Counted from the first letter of the stretch, positions 29,790-39,632 are shown. The stretch is DNA of 62,942 nt from a virus (IMGVR_UViG_3300038314_001058:1-62942), one strand, 5' to 3'. Numbers and translations are program-made. The notes: a model not told the origin generated them from the letters alone.

Positions 29790-30560
29790 ATGCCCGAAGA
29801 AAAGATTGAATTTCAGGGAATGGCCTATGACGAGGCGACCCTCAAGCAACTCGACGATCAAGCCCTTCTGTCCCTCCGCAATCTCGTCGCCGCCAACATG
29901 GGCGTCTCCGCGATCAAGTCGTTCAAGGACCACGATCAGGCCGTTGCCTCGACCTGGAAGGCCCTTCAGAAGTACGACGCGGCCATGACCGAAGAAGAGA
30001 CCGAGACCGCCAGCGACGGCAAGGCCAAGGAGACCAAGGCGCCGAAAGAGCCCAAGGCTCCGAAAGAGCCGTCGAAGTCGTCCGGTCCCAAGCCGGTCAA
30101 GCGGCCGACCCGGCAGATGTTCCGGACCATCCACAAGCTGGTCGACCAGCCGTCGAACCGTGCCCTCCGCTGGGACAACTACAAGGACGGCATGACCCTG
30201 CTCCAGATCCGCGAAGGTGAGGGCATGGATCACCTCGACATCGGCTTCTACGTCAACCACGGCGACATGAAGCTGATCGAGCCGACCGAGGAAGAGTTCC
30301 AGTCGGGCCTCGCCGCGTGGTACGAGGCCAACGGTCTCGAGAACCCGGCGCTCGAGAAGGAGCGCAAGGCCAAGGAGCGCGAAGAGGCCAAGGCCGCGAA
30401 AGCCGCCGAGCGCGAAGCCCTCAAGGCCAAGAAGGAGGCCGAGAAGAAGGCCAAGGCCGAAGCCGCTGCCAAGGCCAAGGCCGAGAAGGAAGCCGCCGCC
30501 GCGAAGGCCAAGGCCGACAAGGAGGCAGCGAAGGCCGCTGCCGAGACCGCCGAGGGCTGA
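29790..30560 (+). CDS. Putative DNA-binding protein with Lys/Ala/Glu-rich tail; paralog of 57708-58205
   Basis: Histone H1-like tail; Y.DGMTL...G.DHLD..FYV.HG core shared with the minus-strand early gene. Confidence 0.65.
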   Translation: MPEEKIEFQGMAYDEATLKQLDDQALLSLRNLVAANMGVSAIKSFKDHDQAVASTWKALQKYDAAMTEEETETASDGKAKETKAPKEPKAPKEPSKSSGPKPVKRPTRQMFRTIHKLVDQPSNRALRWDNYKDGMTLLQIREGEGMDHLDIGFYVNHGDMKLIEPTEEEFQSGLAAWYEANGLENPALEKERKAKEREEAKAAKAAEREALKAKKEAEKKAKAEAAAKAKAEKEAAAAKAKADKEAAKAAAETAEG

Positions 30561-31507
30561 TGCTCCAGTCGGTCATTGTCTCCCGCTTCTTCGACTACAT
30601 GAAGGAGCGGGAGGCGATCCGCCTCCGCAAGGAAGCCGATCGCATCGCACTCCTGGAGTTTGAAGACCCTCAAGGTCCACCGTGGACCGACGACCCCATC
30701 CTCCGCGAGTACAAGTTCACCAACGTCCGCCGTCACCATGACTGGACATCGGACATGCTCCGCTCCACCTTCTACAGCGACCACTTCAACGATGATCCCA
30801 AGGACATCATCATGATGTGCGCCTTCGCTCGCTACTTCGGCCGGTTCGAGTTCATCGAACACATGGGGTGGATCACCTACGACATGTGGGCCGATGGCTG
30901 GTTTGACGCGGTCAAGGATGAAGCCCAGGACTGGATCAACAAGCGCGAGAAGGTGTTCACCGGCGCTTATGTGATCACCAACCAAGGCATCATCGCTCCG
31001 AAGTATGAAGTGGTCGTGGACCATTTCCTCACCGACCTTCACGCAGCAGTTCCTGCGATTTTGGACATCGTTCAAAAGACAAGTTCGTGGGAGCATACCG
31101 CACGGGCCATGTCCGTGATCAAAGGCTTCGGTGGCACCGGCTTCATGACCAAGGAGATTCTCCTGGACACCATGATGACGGGCTTCTGGGGCGGCGACGT
31201 CGTCACCCAAGACGAGCGCAGCTTCACCTATCCGAGTGACTACTGGTCGTGGACCCCGATCGGTCCCGGTGGTGTCCGTGGTGCGGCCCGCCTCCTTGGG
31301 CATGAGGACCCCGGTTCTGCACGGATGAAGAAGGACGAGCCGATGTATGTCATCCTCGACCTTGTCCTGCAACAAGAAAACTACTGGCCCAAGGAATACG
31401 GGAAGCTGTCGCCGACCGACATCCAGTTCCAGCTTTGCGAGTTCGACAAGTACGAACGGGTCCGGCTGGGTCAGGGTCGCCCTCGCAGCAAATACAAGCC
31501 GAGATAA
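30560..31507 (+). CDS. 5-hydroxymethyluracil DNA kinase-like protein (aGPT-Pplase1 family)
   Basis: ERE.IR..K, PWTDDPILREYKFTNVRR..D, GAY.I, LCEFDKYER...G.GRPR..Y; start at TGATG overlap. Confidence 0.8.
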   Translation: MLQSVIVSRFFDYMKEREAIRLRKEADRIALLEFEDPQGPPWTDDPILREYKFTNVRRHHDWTSDMLRSTFYSDHFNDDPKDIIMMCAFARYFGRFEFIEHMGWITYDMWADGWFDAVKDEAQDWINKREKVFTGAYVITNQGIIAPKYEVVVDHFLTDLHAAVPAILDIVQKTSSWEHTARAMSVIKGFGGTGFMTKEILLDTMMTGFWGGDVVTQDERSFTYPSDYWSWTPIGPGGVRGAARLLGHEDPGSARMKKDEPMYVILDLVLQQENYWPKEYGKLSPTDIQFQLCEFDKYERVRLGQGRPRSKYKPR

Positions 31508-31521
31508 CGAAAGGAAGTCTC

Positions 31522-32526
31522 ATGTATCGTCAGGGAAACCCCTATTGCATTCAGGTCGAGTTCGTGGAGGGCTGCAATCTTCGCTGCACCTTCTGCGGCC
31601 TGAACGGCATCCGGGGCAAAGACAACAACTACAAGATGATGACTCTCGAGACAGCCGAACGGGTTGCCAGCGAGATGAAGCGTCTCAAGTGGAACAGCCG
31701 TCTGGAGTTCGCCATGCACGGCGAGCCGACGATGAACCCCGCTGCCCCTGCCCTCGTTCGGACTTTCCGCCAGCATCTGCCGAAGGCATATCTCCTCATG
31801 GAAAGCAACGGCGGCGGCATCATCGGCAAGAACTCGGCCGAAAATGTCAAGACGCTCTTCAGCGAGGGTCTCACGACTCTGGCCTTCGACGAATACCAGA
31901 ACGTCAAGCTGGTGCCGAAAATTCTCGACAGTCTGATGCAGATGGACCCGATGTTCATGCGCCAGACCGGCGACGTACTGTTCGAAGATGACGGCTTCCC
32001 CGTGGTGTTCTACGACTATCCGTCGTGTGGCAACGCCGGGAACCCGCATCAGCGGAACAAGGTTCGCCGACTGGTTCACATCCGACCGATCGACGTTTCC
32101 ACCTCTGGCACCCACGCCTCCTTGGGCAATCATGCCGGGGCTGGAGCGCCCAAGAATGATCGGGCGATGGGTAAGCGGTGCGCGAAACCGTTCCGTGAGA
32201 TGAGCATCCGCTGGGATGGCTCTGTCAGCATCTGCTGCAACGACTGGCGTGGCGAAATGCCGGTCGGCAACGTCCACGAGATGGACCTTGATGAGATCTG
32301 GCATTCCGATCGCTTCTACGCCGCACGTCACAAGCTCTACCACGGGCAGCGTGACTTCGGTGCCTGTGACGGGTGTGACCACCTGTCCTATCGCCCCGGC
32401 ATCCTGCCGGATCACCTCGGTAAGGAGGAACTGCCGGAACCTTCTGCCGATCACCTTCAGGTCATCGAGGAGATGCTCAAAGAAGGGCCTCTCACCGAAC
32501 CTGTCCTCCGCCCCTGGGAGTTCTGA
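31522..32526 (+). CDS. Radical SAM enzyme with SPASM/twitch domain
   Basis: CNLRCTFC, HGEPTMNP, C.KPF...IRWDGSVSICCNDW...GNV, CDGC. Confidence 0.9.
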   Translation: MYRQGNPYCIQVEFVEGCNLRCTFCGLNGIRGKDNNYKMMTLETAERVASEMKRLKWNSRLEFAMHGEPTMNPAAPALVRTFRQHLPKAYLLMESNGGGIIGKNSAENVKTLFSEGLTTLAFDEYQNVKLVPKILDSLMQMDPMFMRQTGDVLFEDDGFPVVFYDYPSCGNAGNPHQRNKVRRLVHIRPIDVSTSGTHASLGNHAGAGAPKNDRAMGKRCAKPFREMSIRWDGSVSICCNDWRGEMPVGNVHEMDLDEIWHSDRFYAARHKLYHGQRDFGACDGCDHLSYRPGILPDHLGKEELPEPSADHLQVIEEMLKEGPLTEPVLRPWEF

Positions 32527-32528
32527 TC

Positions 32529-33512
32529 GTGACCAAGATCATCAACCTCTTCTACCTGACGCCGAACACGACCGGCGGCTGGGTGACCTACCTGTCCCAC
32601 CTCATGAAAGGCTTTCGTGAGGCTGGGGTCCAGGTCAATCTCTACAAGGTCGGCAACAACACCGAGCGGAAGACCCGTCCGTTCGGCTATGGTGAGGTCT
32701 ACCGCAACCTCTGCCGTGACGATGCTCTCGACAAGACGATGGAGCATCCCACACTGATCGTCGCTGTCGGCAAGAAGTTCGCTGAGGTGGCCGAGGACCT
32801 GATCTTCGCCGGCGCGAAGCTGGTGGTTCACGACCCGACCGAGCTCAAGAACCTGCCTGCAATGGGCGATGGTGAGGACTGCGTGATCATCCGCAAGTCC
32901 GGCCACAAGTTCCTGCCGGGGGCGACGTTCATCCCGCATCCGTATCAGCGGATCAAGCCCAATGGGGAGGCCGTGGAGCATCGCCGGTGCGTCAGCATCA
33001 GCCGCATCGACTTCGACAAGCACACCGAAATCCTGCTGGACGCCAACCGCATCCTCAAGGCAGAGGATGAGGAGGAGATCGTCATCCGTGGCTTCGAGAA
33101 CCGACTCTACACCCGGTTCAAGATTTGCCCGCACTATCCCGAGTGGACGCAGTCAGTGGCGGCGTATCCACGGGAGCATGATGCGGCCTTCAACATCCTG
33201 CGCGGCTTCGACTTCATGGCTGACATGTCGATCATCAAGGGCGACGGCGGCGGCACCCAGTACACGACGCTTGAAGCGTGGGACGCTGGTGCAATCCCGA
33301 TCATCCAGGCAGACTGGCTCCAGCCCGATGGGGAAATGGTCGGCGACATCAACTGCCTGAGCGTCGAAGACGCCGAACACCTCGCCTTGCTCCTTTCCGG
33401 AGGGCTCAGTCCCACTGCCATGGACCGTATGCGGGAGGAAGGGCTCAAGTCTCTCAAACAGCATGATGCGGCGATGATCGCCGGTCAGTATCTCGACTTC
33501 ATGGAGGGTTAA
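32529..33512 (+). CDS. GT-B fold glycosyltransferase
   Basis: N-terminal GGWVTY, ISRIDFDKH, GGTQYTTLEAWDAGAIPI (GT4-like nucleotide-sugar binding region). Confidence 0.75.
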   Translation: MTKIINLFYLTPNTTGGWVTYLSHLMKGFREAGVQVNLYKVGNNTERKTRPFGYGEVYRNLCRDDALDKTMEHPTLIVAVGKKFAEVAEDLIFAGAKLVVHDPTELKNLPAMGDGEDCVIIRKSGHKFLPGATFIPHPYQRIKPNGEAVEHRRCVSISRIDFDKHTEILLDANRILKAEDEEEIVIRGFENRLYTRFKICPHYPEWTQSVAAYPREHDAAFNILRGFDFMADMSIIKGDGGGTQYTTLEAWDAGAIPIIQADWLQPDGEMVGDINCLSVEDAEHLALLLSGGLSPTAMDRMREEGLKSLKQHDAAMIAGQYLDFMEG

Positions 33513-34565
33513 ATGAAGTTCATCGAAGTACCGAACGTCGGGGAAGCTCTGGCCTACATGGGCGCGACCCTTCAGGAGTGGGGCATTCCCCGCGACAGCC
33601 GCAACGGAGAGGTGTTCGTAGCCGATGGGCCGGTTACGACCATGTACCACTATCCCACACAGCGGGTCATCTTCGACCCGGCACGGGATGCCAACCCGTT
33701 CTTCCACTTCATGGAAGGTCTGTGGATGATCGCCGGCCGGAACGATGTCGCGTGGCCGGTGCAGTTCAACTCCACCTTCGGCCAGTTCTCCGATGATGGT
33801 GAGACCTTCCACGGTGCCTATGGCTATCGCTGGATCAACCACTTCAGCGAGCAGATCGATGTGATCGAGCCGAACGAGGAGATCGATGAGATCAAACTCC
33901 AAGGCAAGGTCTGGGCACCGATGAATCAGCTTGCCCACGTCGTGGAAATGCTGAAGGCGAACCCGGATGAGCGGCGGGCGCTGGTGACCATGTGGTCGCC
34001 GGAGGATGACCTCGGTTACAAGGGCAAGGATGTCCCCTGCAACCTGAGCATCCTGTTCAGCATCAGTGTTCATGGCAAGCTGGACATGACCGTCACCAAC
34101 CGCTCCAATGACATGATCTGGGGCGCATACGGTGCGAACGCCGTTCACATGTCGATGCTCCAGGAATACATGGCAGCATGGATCGGAGTGCCGGTCGGTC
34201 GCTACTGGCAGGTATCCAACAACTTCCATGTCTACACCAAGACCATGGACAAGGTGACGCCGACCCTTGAATACCAGGATCCGTACCTCAGCGAGGTCAA
34301 GCCGTTCCCGATGGTCAACACCGACATCGAGTCATGGGGGATGGACCTGTCCCTGTTCATGGAGGTCGGGCCGGTGCCGAACTTCCAGGACAAGTTCTTC
34401 CGCAAGGTTGCCTCACCCATGTGGGAGACGTGGTTCACCTGGAAGGACGCCAGCGGCGGTCGCACCAAGAGCCAGCGGGCGCTCGCCGCTCTGGACGTGG
34501 CAAAGAACATCGCCGCCTCTGACTGGCGCAAGGCTTGCACCGAATGGCTGGAGCGTCGGGTATGA
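33513..34565 (+). CDS. Thymidylate synthase-family protein, probably dUMP hydroxymethylase
   Basis: RDANPFFH, GAYGYRW, DVPCN, NRSNDMIWGAYGAN (Asn = dUMP specificity); context with 5hmdU kinase. Confidence 0.82.
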   Translation: MKFIEVPNVGEALAYMGATLQEWGIPRDSRNGEVFVADGPVTTMYHYPTQRVIFDPARDANPFFHFMEGLWMIAGRNDVAWPVQFNSTFGQFSDDGETFHGAYGYRWINHFSEQIDVIEPNEEIDEIKLQGKVWAPMNQLAHVVEMLKANPDERRALVTMWSPEDDLGYKGKDVPCNLSILFSISVHGKLDMTVTNRSNDMIWGAYGANAVHMSMLQEYMAAWIGVPVGRYWQVSNNFHVYTKTMDKVTPTLEYQDPYLSEVKPFPMVNTDIESWGMDLSLFMEVGPVPNFQDKFFRKVASPMWETWFTWKDASGGRTKSQRALAALDVAKNIAASDWRKACTEWLERRV

Positions 34566-35110
34566 GCTACAAGCTGGAAACCAAAGTCCAGCGGGTGAAG
34601 TTTGCTCGTGAAGCGGGGGCGGTTCGCCGCCTCCACATCCACCGCATCATCGGTGAGTATGACGTGGGTCAGCATACCTACGGAGCTCTCTGTCTTCTAA
34701 GAGTCTTGAACCCGTCTGCCGCCGCCCGCCTCATTTGGGCTGTCCTTTCACACGACAAGCCAGAGCGCCTCACTGGCGATATCCCTTCGCCAGCGAAGAA
34801 TGAGACCCACTGGTTCTGCGCAAGCCACTATGCTGAGCACGAAAACCAGATCCTCACGGATACCGGCTTCGACTGGGATGAGCTCACTGAGGAGGAAGAG
34901 CAATGGCTGAAGGCGGTCGATGCTCTTGAGTTCTTCTTGTTCTGTCTTGATCAAGAGATGCTTGGTCATCAGGGGCTCTGGAAGCCTAAGAAGAAAATCA
35001 TGTCGTACATCGAGGGACAGCTTGAGGTCTGGCCTACCGGGGTCCGGCATTTCTATGAAGACCTTCTCGTCTCCGAATGGGAGATGTGCGATGAACTGGG
35101 AGAAAACTGA
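34562..35110 (+). CDS. HD-domain nucleotidase (YfbR-like)
   Basis: V.R.H...VGQH, LSHDKPERLTGDIPSPAK, LKAVD.LE. Confidence 0.8.
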   Translation: MSYKLETKVQRVKFAREAGAVRRLHIHRIIGEYDVGQHTYGALCLLRVLNPSAAARLIWAVLSHDKPERLTGDIPSPAKNETHWFCASHYAEHENQILTDTGFDWDELTEEEEQWLKAVDALEFFLFCLDQEMLGHQGLWKPKKKIMSYIEGQLEVWPTGVRHFYEDLLVSEWEMCDELGEN

Positions 35111-35727
35111 TGAGTGGCACTTTCGTTGCCCAAGAAGGAGGCGACCACTACCAAGCTGAATATCAGCATTGGGACTGGGTCATCGACTTGAACCTCCACT
35201 ACCTTCCAGCGACCGCGACCAAGTACGTCGCACGTTGGCGGAAGAAGAATGGCATCCAGGATCTCCGCAAGGCGGTGACCTACATCGAGAAGTGGGAGAA
35301 GGCTGGTCTGCCCTCCAACTCCCGCTCGCACCAGTACATCCAGAACTCCTATCCGCTGACGATGGCATTCAACGCCAGCGCCAAGCTGGACGATCTGGAG
35401 GCCGACTTCATGTTCGCCGTCGTGCTGGTGGCCGTCAGCAACGCCAAGGGAGAACTGGACGAGGTTAAGGCCATTCTCCAGAAACTTTTGGCCTTGGCAG
35501 AGACCGCTCAGAGCGCCACACAGGGGCAAGCGCCCGCTGGCGGCGGCAACCCTACCGGCGCGGCCACCAGCGCGCCACAGGCGGCGCATTTGGGGGCTGC
35601 TGGCGGTGTAGCAGGGCAGGGCGCGGCCACCAGCGCGGCCACAGGGTCCATCCCGGTCCTGGATATGCACCCCCGGCCGGATAATACCGGCCAGAAACAC
35701 CCGTTCGGGTATAACGAGGAGGACTGA
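35110..35727 (+). CDS. DUF3310/SaV-like protein (putative nucleotide kinase) with Ala/Gly-rich insert
   Basis: QEGGDHY, KYVARWRKKNGIQDLRKA..YI. Confidence 0.7.
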   Translation: MSGTFVAQEGGDHYQAEYQHWDWVIDLNLHYLPATATKYVARWRKKNGIQDLRKAVTYIEKWEKAGLPSNSRSHQYIQNSYPLTMAFNASAKLDDLEADFMFAVVLVAVSNAKGELDEVKAILQKLLALAETAQSATQGQAPAGGGNPTGAATSAPQAAHLGAAGGVAGQGAATSAATGSIPVLDMHPRPDNTGQKHPFGYNEED

Positions 35728-37823
35728 TGGCTAAGAAACCTGACACCAAAGTCGCTGATCGTGGAGGGCCGATGCAACTCGGCTTCTTCACCCCGGACAG
35801 CGACTGGAAGCCTCGTCAGGTCAGTACCCTTCCTTCGTGGGAGGGTATTGACCGGGTTGGGTTCGACTGCGAAACCCGCGACCCGGACCTCCGCTCTCTT
35901 GGGCCTGGACCTCGGCGCGATGGATACACCACCGGATACAGTGTCGCCCTTGAGAAAGACGGCAGGATCGTTGACAGCTTCTACCTGCCCAAGAGACATG
36001 AAGGAGGAGACAACCTACCTGAGCAGGAAGTTGATCGCTACCTTGCGGACAACTTGAAGAAGTTCAAAGGGGAGTATGTAGGTGCGAACCTCTCTTACGA
36101 CATTGATTATGCGACCGCTGGTGACGGCTTCAAGTTTCATCCGGATGCGCTTTTCCGCGATGTTCAAATCGCTGATCCGCTCATCTATGAGCTTCATATG
36201 TCGTATTCTCTCAAGAACATCGGCGACCGCTGGGGGCTCGAGTCGAAAGACAACAAGGTCCTCGTCCAAGCGGCGCGGTCAATGGGGGTCGATCCGGGAG
36301 CAGGGATGTGGCGACTCCCGGCGCGGTATGTCGGGGCCTACGCGGAGCGAGACTGCGAATCGCCGCTGGAACTCTACGCCAAGATGAGGAAGAAGATCGA
36401 CGAGAACAATCTGTGGCAGGTCTTTGATTTGGAGACACAGCTACTTCCCGTTCTCGTTCGTATGAGGCAGCGCGGCGTTCGGATTGATCAGGACCGGCTG
36501 GCTCAGATTGAGCAGCGAGCCCTCCGAGAAGAGATCGATCTGCTGGCCTTCATCAAGGACAAGACTGGCGTCAATGTCGGGCTCGGTGACGTTTGGAAGC
36601 CCGACGCTCTTGAGCCTGCCCTGACCGCCACCGGATTCAAGGTCGGCCGCACGGCAACCGGCAAGCCGCAAATCGATGCAGACATGCTGGAGAGCCTGAA
36701 CGACCCGGTCGCCAAAGCGATCTCCCATGCTCGCAAGGTGAACAAGCTGCGGACTACCTTCGCCGCTTCCATGCGGACCCACATGGTCAACGGTCGCATC
36801 CACTGCACGTTCAACCAGATTGCCCGTGAGGACGAGAAGGGTGAGCAGAAGGGTGTTCGCTACGGCCGACTGTCAGCGGTTGACCCCAACCTTCAACAGC
36901 AATACTCTCCCGACCGGGTGGGGCCAGATGATCCGCAGATCATTCTGGAGTGGCGTAAGATCTTCATTCCTGAGGAAGGGGCGATCTGGGGCTGTAACGA
37001 CTACTCTCAGCAGGAGCCCCGTTGGACGACTCACTTCGCGGCGGTCCTGGACTTGCCCAAGGCGGCGGAGGCAGCGCGCCGCTACCGTGAAGACCCGTCC
37101 ACCGACAACCACGATATGATGACCCGCCTGATTCACGGCGACGATCAGGTCGATGAATGGCTGGCGCTCAAGAAGGACGGTGACACCTCCTACAAGGTGA
37201 ACCGCGGTCACGCCAAGGGTATCTTCCTCGGCAAGTGCTATGGTGAAGGCGGTGTCAAGCTCTGCATGGACATTGGTCAGCCGACCCGCTGGGCTCACAT
37301 CATTGGCTGGGGTCGCAACAAGACCATCGAGTATTTCGAAAGCCGTCACGAGGCTTGGAAAGCACGAGGGTCCTCAGGTCAAGGCTTCGTCAAAGAGATG
37401 GCGGGTGCAGAGGGTCAGGCGATCATGGATCACTTCGACCAAGAGATTCCCTACATCAAGGGTGTCGCTGACAAGGCGAGTGAGCGCGCCGCCTCCTTGG
37501 GCTATGTTCGCACCGTCATGGGCCGGAGGCTGCATTTCCCGACCCGTGAGGATGGCTCCTATGACTGGACCCACAAGGCCCTGAACCGGGTGATCCAGGG
37601 TTCTTCGGCGGACCAGACCAAGAAGGCTATCATCGACTTGGACCGTGCCGGTCATTTCATCCAGCTACAGGTCCACGACGAAACAGACGGCAGCTTCGGT
37701 TCTGTGGCCGAGGCAACCGATGCAGGCAATATCATGCGGGACAGCATCCTTGATGTCTGCACCCCGCTCGTGCCTTTCAAGGTCGACACTGAGTGCGGCC
37801 CAAACTGGGGAGAGATCAAATGA
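35727..37823 (+). CDS. polA: Family A DNA polymerase with 3'-5' exonuclease
   Basis: FDCET, GRLS..DPNLQQ, DYSQQEPR, K...LG..YG, ALNRVIQGSSAD, QVHDE. Confidence 0.93.
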   Translation: MAKKPDTKVADRGGPMQLGFFTPDSDWKPRQVSTLPSWEGIDRVGFDCETRDPDLRSLGPGPRRDGYTTGYSVALEKDGRIVDSFYLPKRHEGGDNLPEQEVDRYLADNLKKFKGEYVGANLSYDIDYATAGDGFKFHPDALFRDVQIADPLIYELHMSYSLKNIGDRWGLESKDNKVLVQAARSMGVDPGAGMWRLPARYVGAYAERDCESPLELYAKMRKKIDENNLWQVFDLETQLLPVLVRMRQRGVRIDQDRLAQIEQRALREEIDLLAFIKDKTGVNVGLGDVWKPDALEPALTATGFKVGRTATGKPQIDADMLESLNDPVAKAISHARKVNKLRTTFAASMRTHMVNGRIHCTFNQIAREDEKGEQKGVRYGRLSAVDPNLQQQYSPDRVGPDDPQIILEWRKIFIPEEGAIWGCNDYSQQEPRWTTHFAAVLDLPKAAEAARRYREDPSTDNHDMMTRLIHGDDQVDEWLALKKDGDTSYKVNRGHAKGIFLGKCYGEGGVKLCMDIGQPTRWAHIIGWGRNKTIEYFESRHEAWKARGSSGQGFVKEMAGAEGQAIMDHFDQEIPYIKGVADKASERAASLGYVRTVMGRRLHFPTREDGSYDWTHKALNRVIQGSSADQTKKAIIDLDRAGHFIQLQVHDETDGSFGSVAEATDAGNIMRDSILDVCTPLVPFKVDTECGPNWGEIK

Positions 37824-38047
37824 TGAACATCTGGCGTCACAAGAAGACTGGAGGGCTCTACACGGTCCTGGCTGATGACCTCCGCATCGAGGCGACGAAT
37901 CAGCGTGGGGTGCTGTATCAAAGCCTCATCGATCAGAAGAAGTGGGTTCGCCCTTATGGTGAATTCTATGATGGTCGGTTCGAATCGTTGGCTGGGTATA
38001 TCAACCACGATGACGAGACCACCCTCCGTTTCACGGCTCCGTTCTGA
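37820..38047 (+). CDS. DUF1653-like protein
   Basis: WRHKKTGGLY.V...VLYQSL...WVRP..EF.DGRF. Confidence 0.7.
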   Translation: MMNIWRHKKTGGLYTVLADDLRIEATNQRGVLYQSLIDQKKWVRPYGEFYDGRFESLAGYINHDDETTLRFTAPF

Positions 38048-38247
38048 TGGCTGATTTCTGCAAGCAATGCTCCATCGAGATCTTCGGCGAAGACTGTGGT
38101 GATATGAAAGGACTCGGTGACGGCAGCAAGCTGGAACCGGGCTTCGGTTGGGCCTGCCTCTGCGAAGGGTGTGGTCCAACCGTTGTGGACGACGAGGGGA
38201 CCTGCATCAGCATGGTCTGTGACAAAAAGCATGGAGAAAAGAAATGA
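38047..38247 (+). CDS. Small Cys-rich (Zn-binding) phage protein
   Basis: FCKQC...LCEGCG...C....C..H; TGATG coupling. Confidence 0.65.
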   Translation: MADFCKQCSIEIFGEDCGDMKGLGDGSKLEPGFGWACLCEGCGPTVVDDEGTCISMVCDKKHGEKK

Positions 38248-38756
38248 ATGAACCGAAACTTCAGGATGAAGTCTGGAACTGGGCCTACAACCAGTTCTTT
38301 GTGAATAACCCGGTCACGCTCGCCATTCGTGGCAACAAGGAGATGGCTGAGCTTATCCAGGAACTGGAGAAAGCGGCCTTTGAACGTGAGGATCTGGCCT
38401 TCGAGTGCGCCGACATCACCTTCTTCCTTCTCCAGATCGCCCAGTGCCTCAAGTTCGATCTGTTCGAATGGGCTGGTGACTTCAGCAAGGAACACGGCCT
38501 TGCTTCGCAGTTCACCCCCGGTCGGCTGGCAGCAGACTCCAACGTTCAATTCGCCAAGGTTCTCCAGCTTCTGCAGACCGCCCCTAACAAGACGGGGGAA
38601 ATTCGCACGGAGATGGCGTCGATCACCTTCAATCTCGGCCTTGTCTGCCTCCTCTTGGGCTTCGACCTAAAGGAGATGGTTCGCCGCAAACTGATCATCA
38701 ATCAGGCTCGTACCTGGGAGATGGCAGAAGATGGGTCGCATCAGCATGTGGGATGA
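38244..38756 (+). CDS. MazG-like nucleotide pyrophosphohydrolase
   Basis: E..EL, ECADI, RKLIINQARTW. Confidence 0.7.
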   Translation: MNEPKLQDEVWNWAYNQFFVNNPVTLAIRGNKEMAELIQELEKAAFEREDLAFECADITFFLLQIAQCLKFDLFEWAGDFSKEHGLASQFTPGRLAADSNVQFAKVLQLLQTAPNKTGEIRTEMASITFNLGLVCLLLGFDLKEMVRRKLIINQARTWEMAEDGSHQHVG

Positions 38757-39156
38757 GCGCTTCCTGAAACTGGCCGCTCACATCGCTGAGTGGTCAAAGG
38801 ACCCGTCTACGAAAATCGGCGCGGTCGTTGTCAAGGATCGGAAGATCCTTGGCACCGGCTACAACGGCTTCCCGACCCGTATCGATGACGATATCGATCT
38901 TCTGGAGAATCGTGAGGAGAAGTATCCTCGTGTCGTTCACGCTGAGGTCAATGCGATCATCAATGCCAAGACTGATCTCTCTGGTGCAACGCTCTACACG
39001 ACGCATATCCCATGCTCGTCGTGTGCTGGCGTTATCATCAACGCTGGTATCCATCGGGTCTTCACCTATACACCTGACGATGAGTTCCAGAAGCGCTGGC
39101 CCGTCCTTGGGCATGTGATGCTCGTCCAAGCCGGTCTGCACGTAGTTTTGTATTAA
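38746..39156 (+). CDS. dCMP deaminase
   Basis: SKDPSTKIGAV, GYNGFP, HAEVNAI, PCSSC. Confidence 0.92.
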   Translation: MWDERFLKLAAHIAEWSKDPSTKIGAVVVKDRKILGTGYNGFPTRIDDDIDLLENREEKYPRVVHAEVNAIINAKTDLSGATLYTTHIPCSSCAGVIINAGIHRVFTYTPDDEFQKRWPVLGHVMLVQAGLHVVLY

Positions 39157-39173
39157 GACCGGACACTTAGCGG

Positions 39174-39202
39174 TTGTCATTTGCCCTCTGAAGGGCTAGG
39201 GT
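39174..39202 (+). promoter_or_regulatory. TTGTCATTTGC-class promoter 1
   Basis: TTGTCA-17-TAGGGT. Confidence 0.75.
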
Positions 39203-39215
39203 GGGGTTTCACAGT

Positions 39216-39632
39216 ATGTCTGAAAACAAACAGACTAGGGGAGAGCTTGTGAAGGCTCTCCGGTCTTTAAACGCAATACCGGTAGAGAACCGCGTAAGAA
39301 GCGGGACACCGGACGTCAACTATGCAGGCGGATGGATTGAATGCAAAAGACTAGGGCGCTGGCCCAAGGGAGCGGACACCAACCCGGTGAAGTTCCCGCA
39401 CCCCCTCTTGCAGACCCAGAAGATATGGATCGCCAAGCGTTGCGCTATTGGCGGAACAGTCTTCATCTGTGCTCAGGTGGGAGGCGAGTGGTTCTTCTTC
39501 CGGTGTCCGGAAGGCTTGTCACTCTTCGAAAGGATGACGCGGCCGGAGATGCACGAGAAGGCGGAGTTCTACATGAAGACCATGCAGAAGGAAAGGCTGG
39601 TGGAATGGTTGAGATCAGCATCGAAGGGCTGA
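39216..39632 (+). CDS. PD-(D/E)xK nuclease, probable Holliday junction resolvase
   Basis: VEN...GTPDV...WIECK, Q..W. Confidence 0.7.
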   Translation: MSENKQTRGELVKALRSLNAIPVENRVRSGTPDVNYAGGWIECKRLGRWPKGADTNPVKFPHPLLQTQKIWIAKRCAIGGTVFICAQVGGEWFFFRCPEGLSLFERMTRPEMHEKAEFYMKTMQKERLVEWLRSASKG

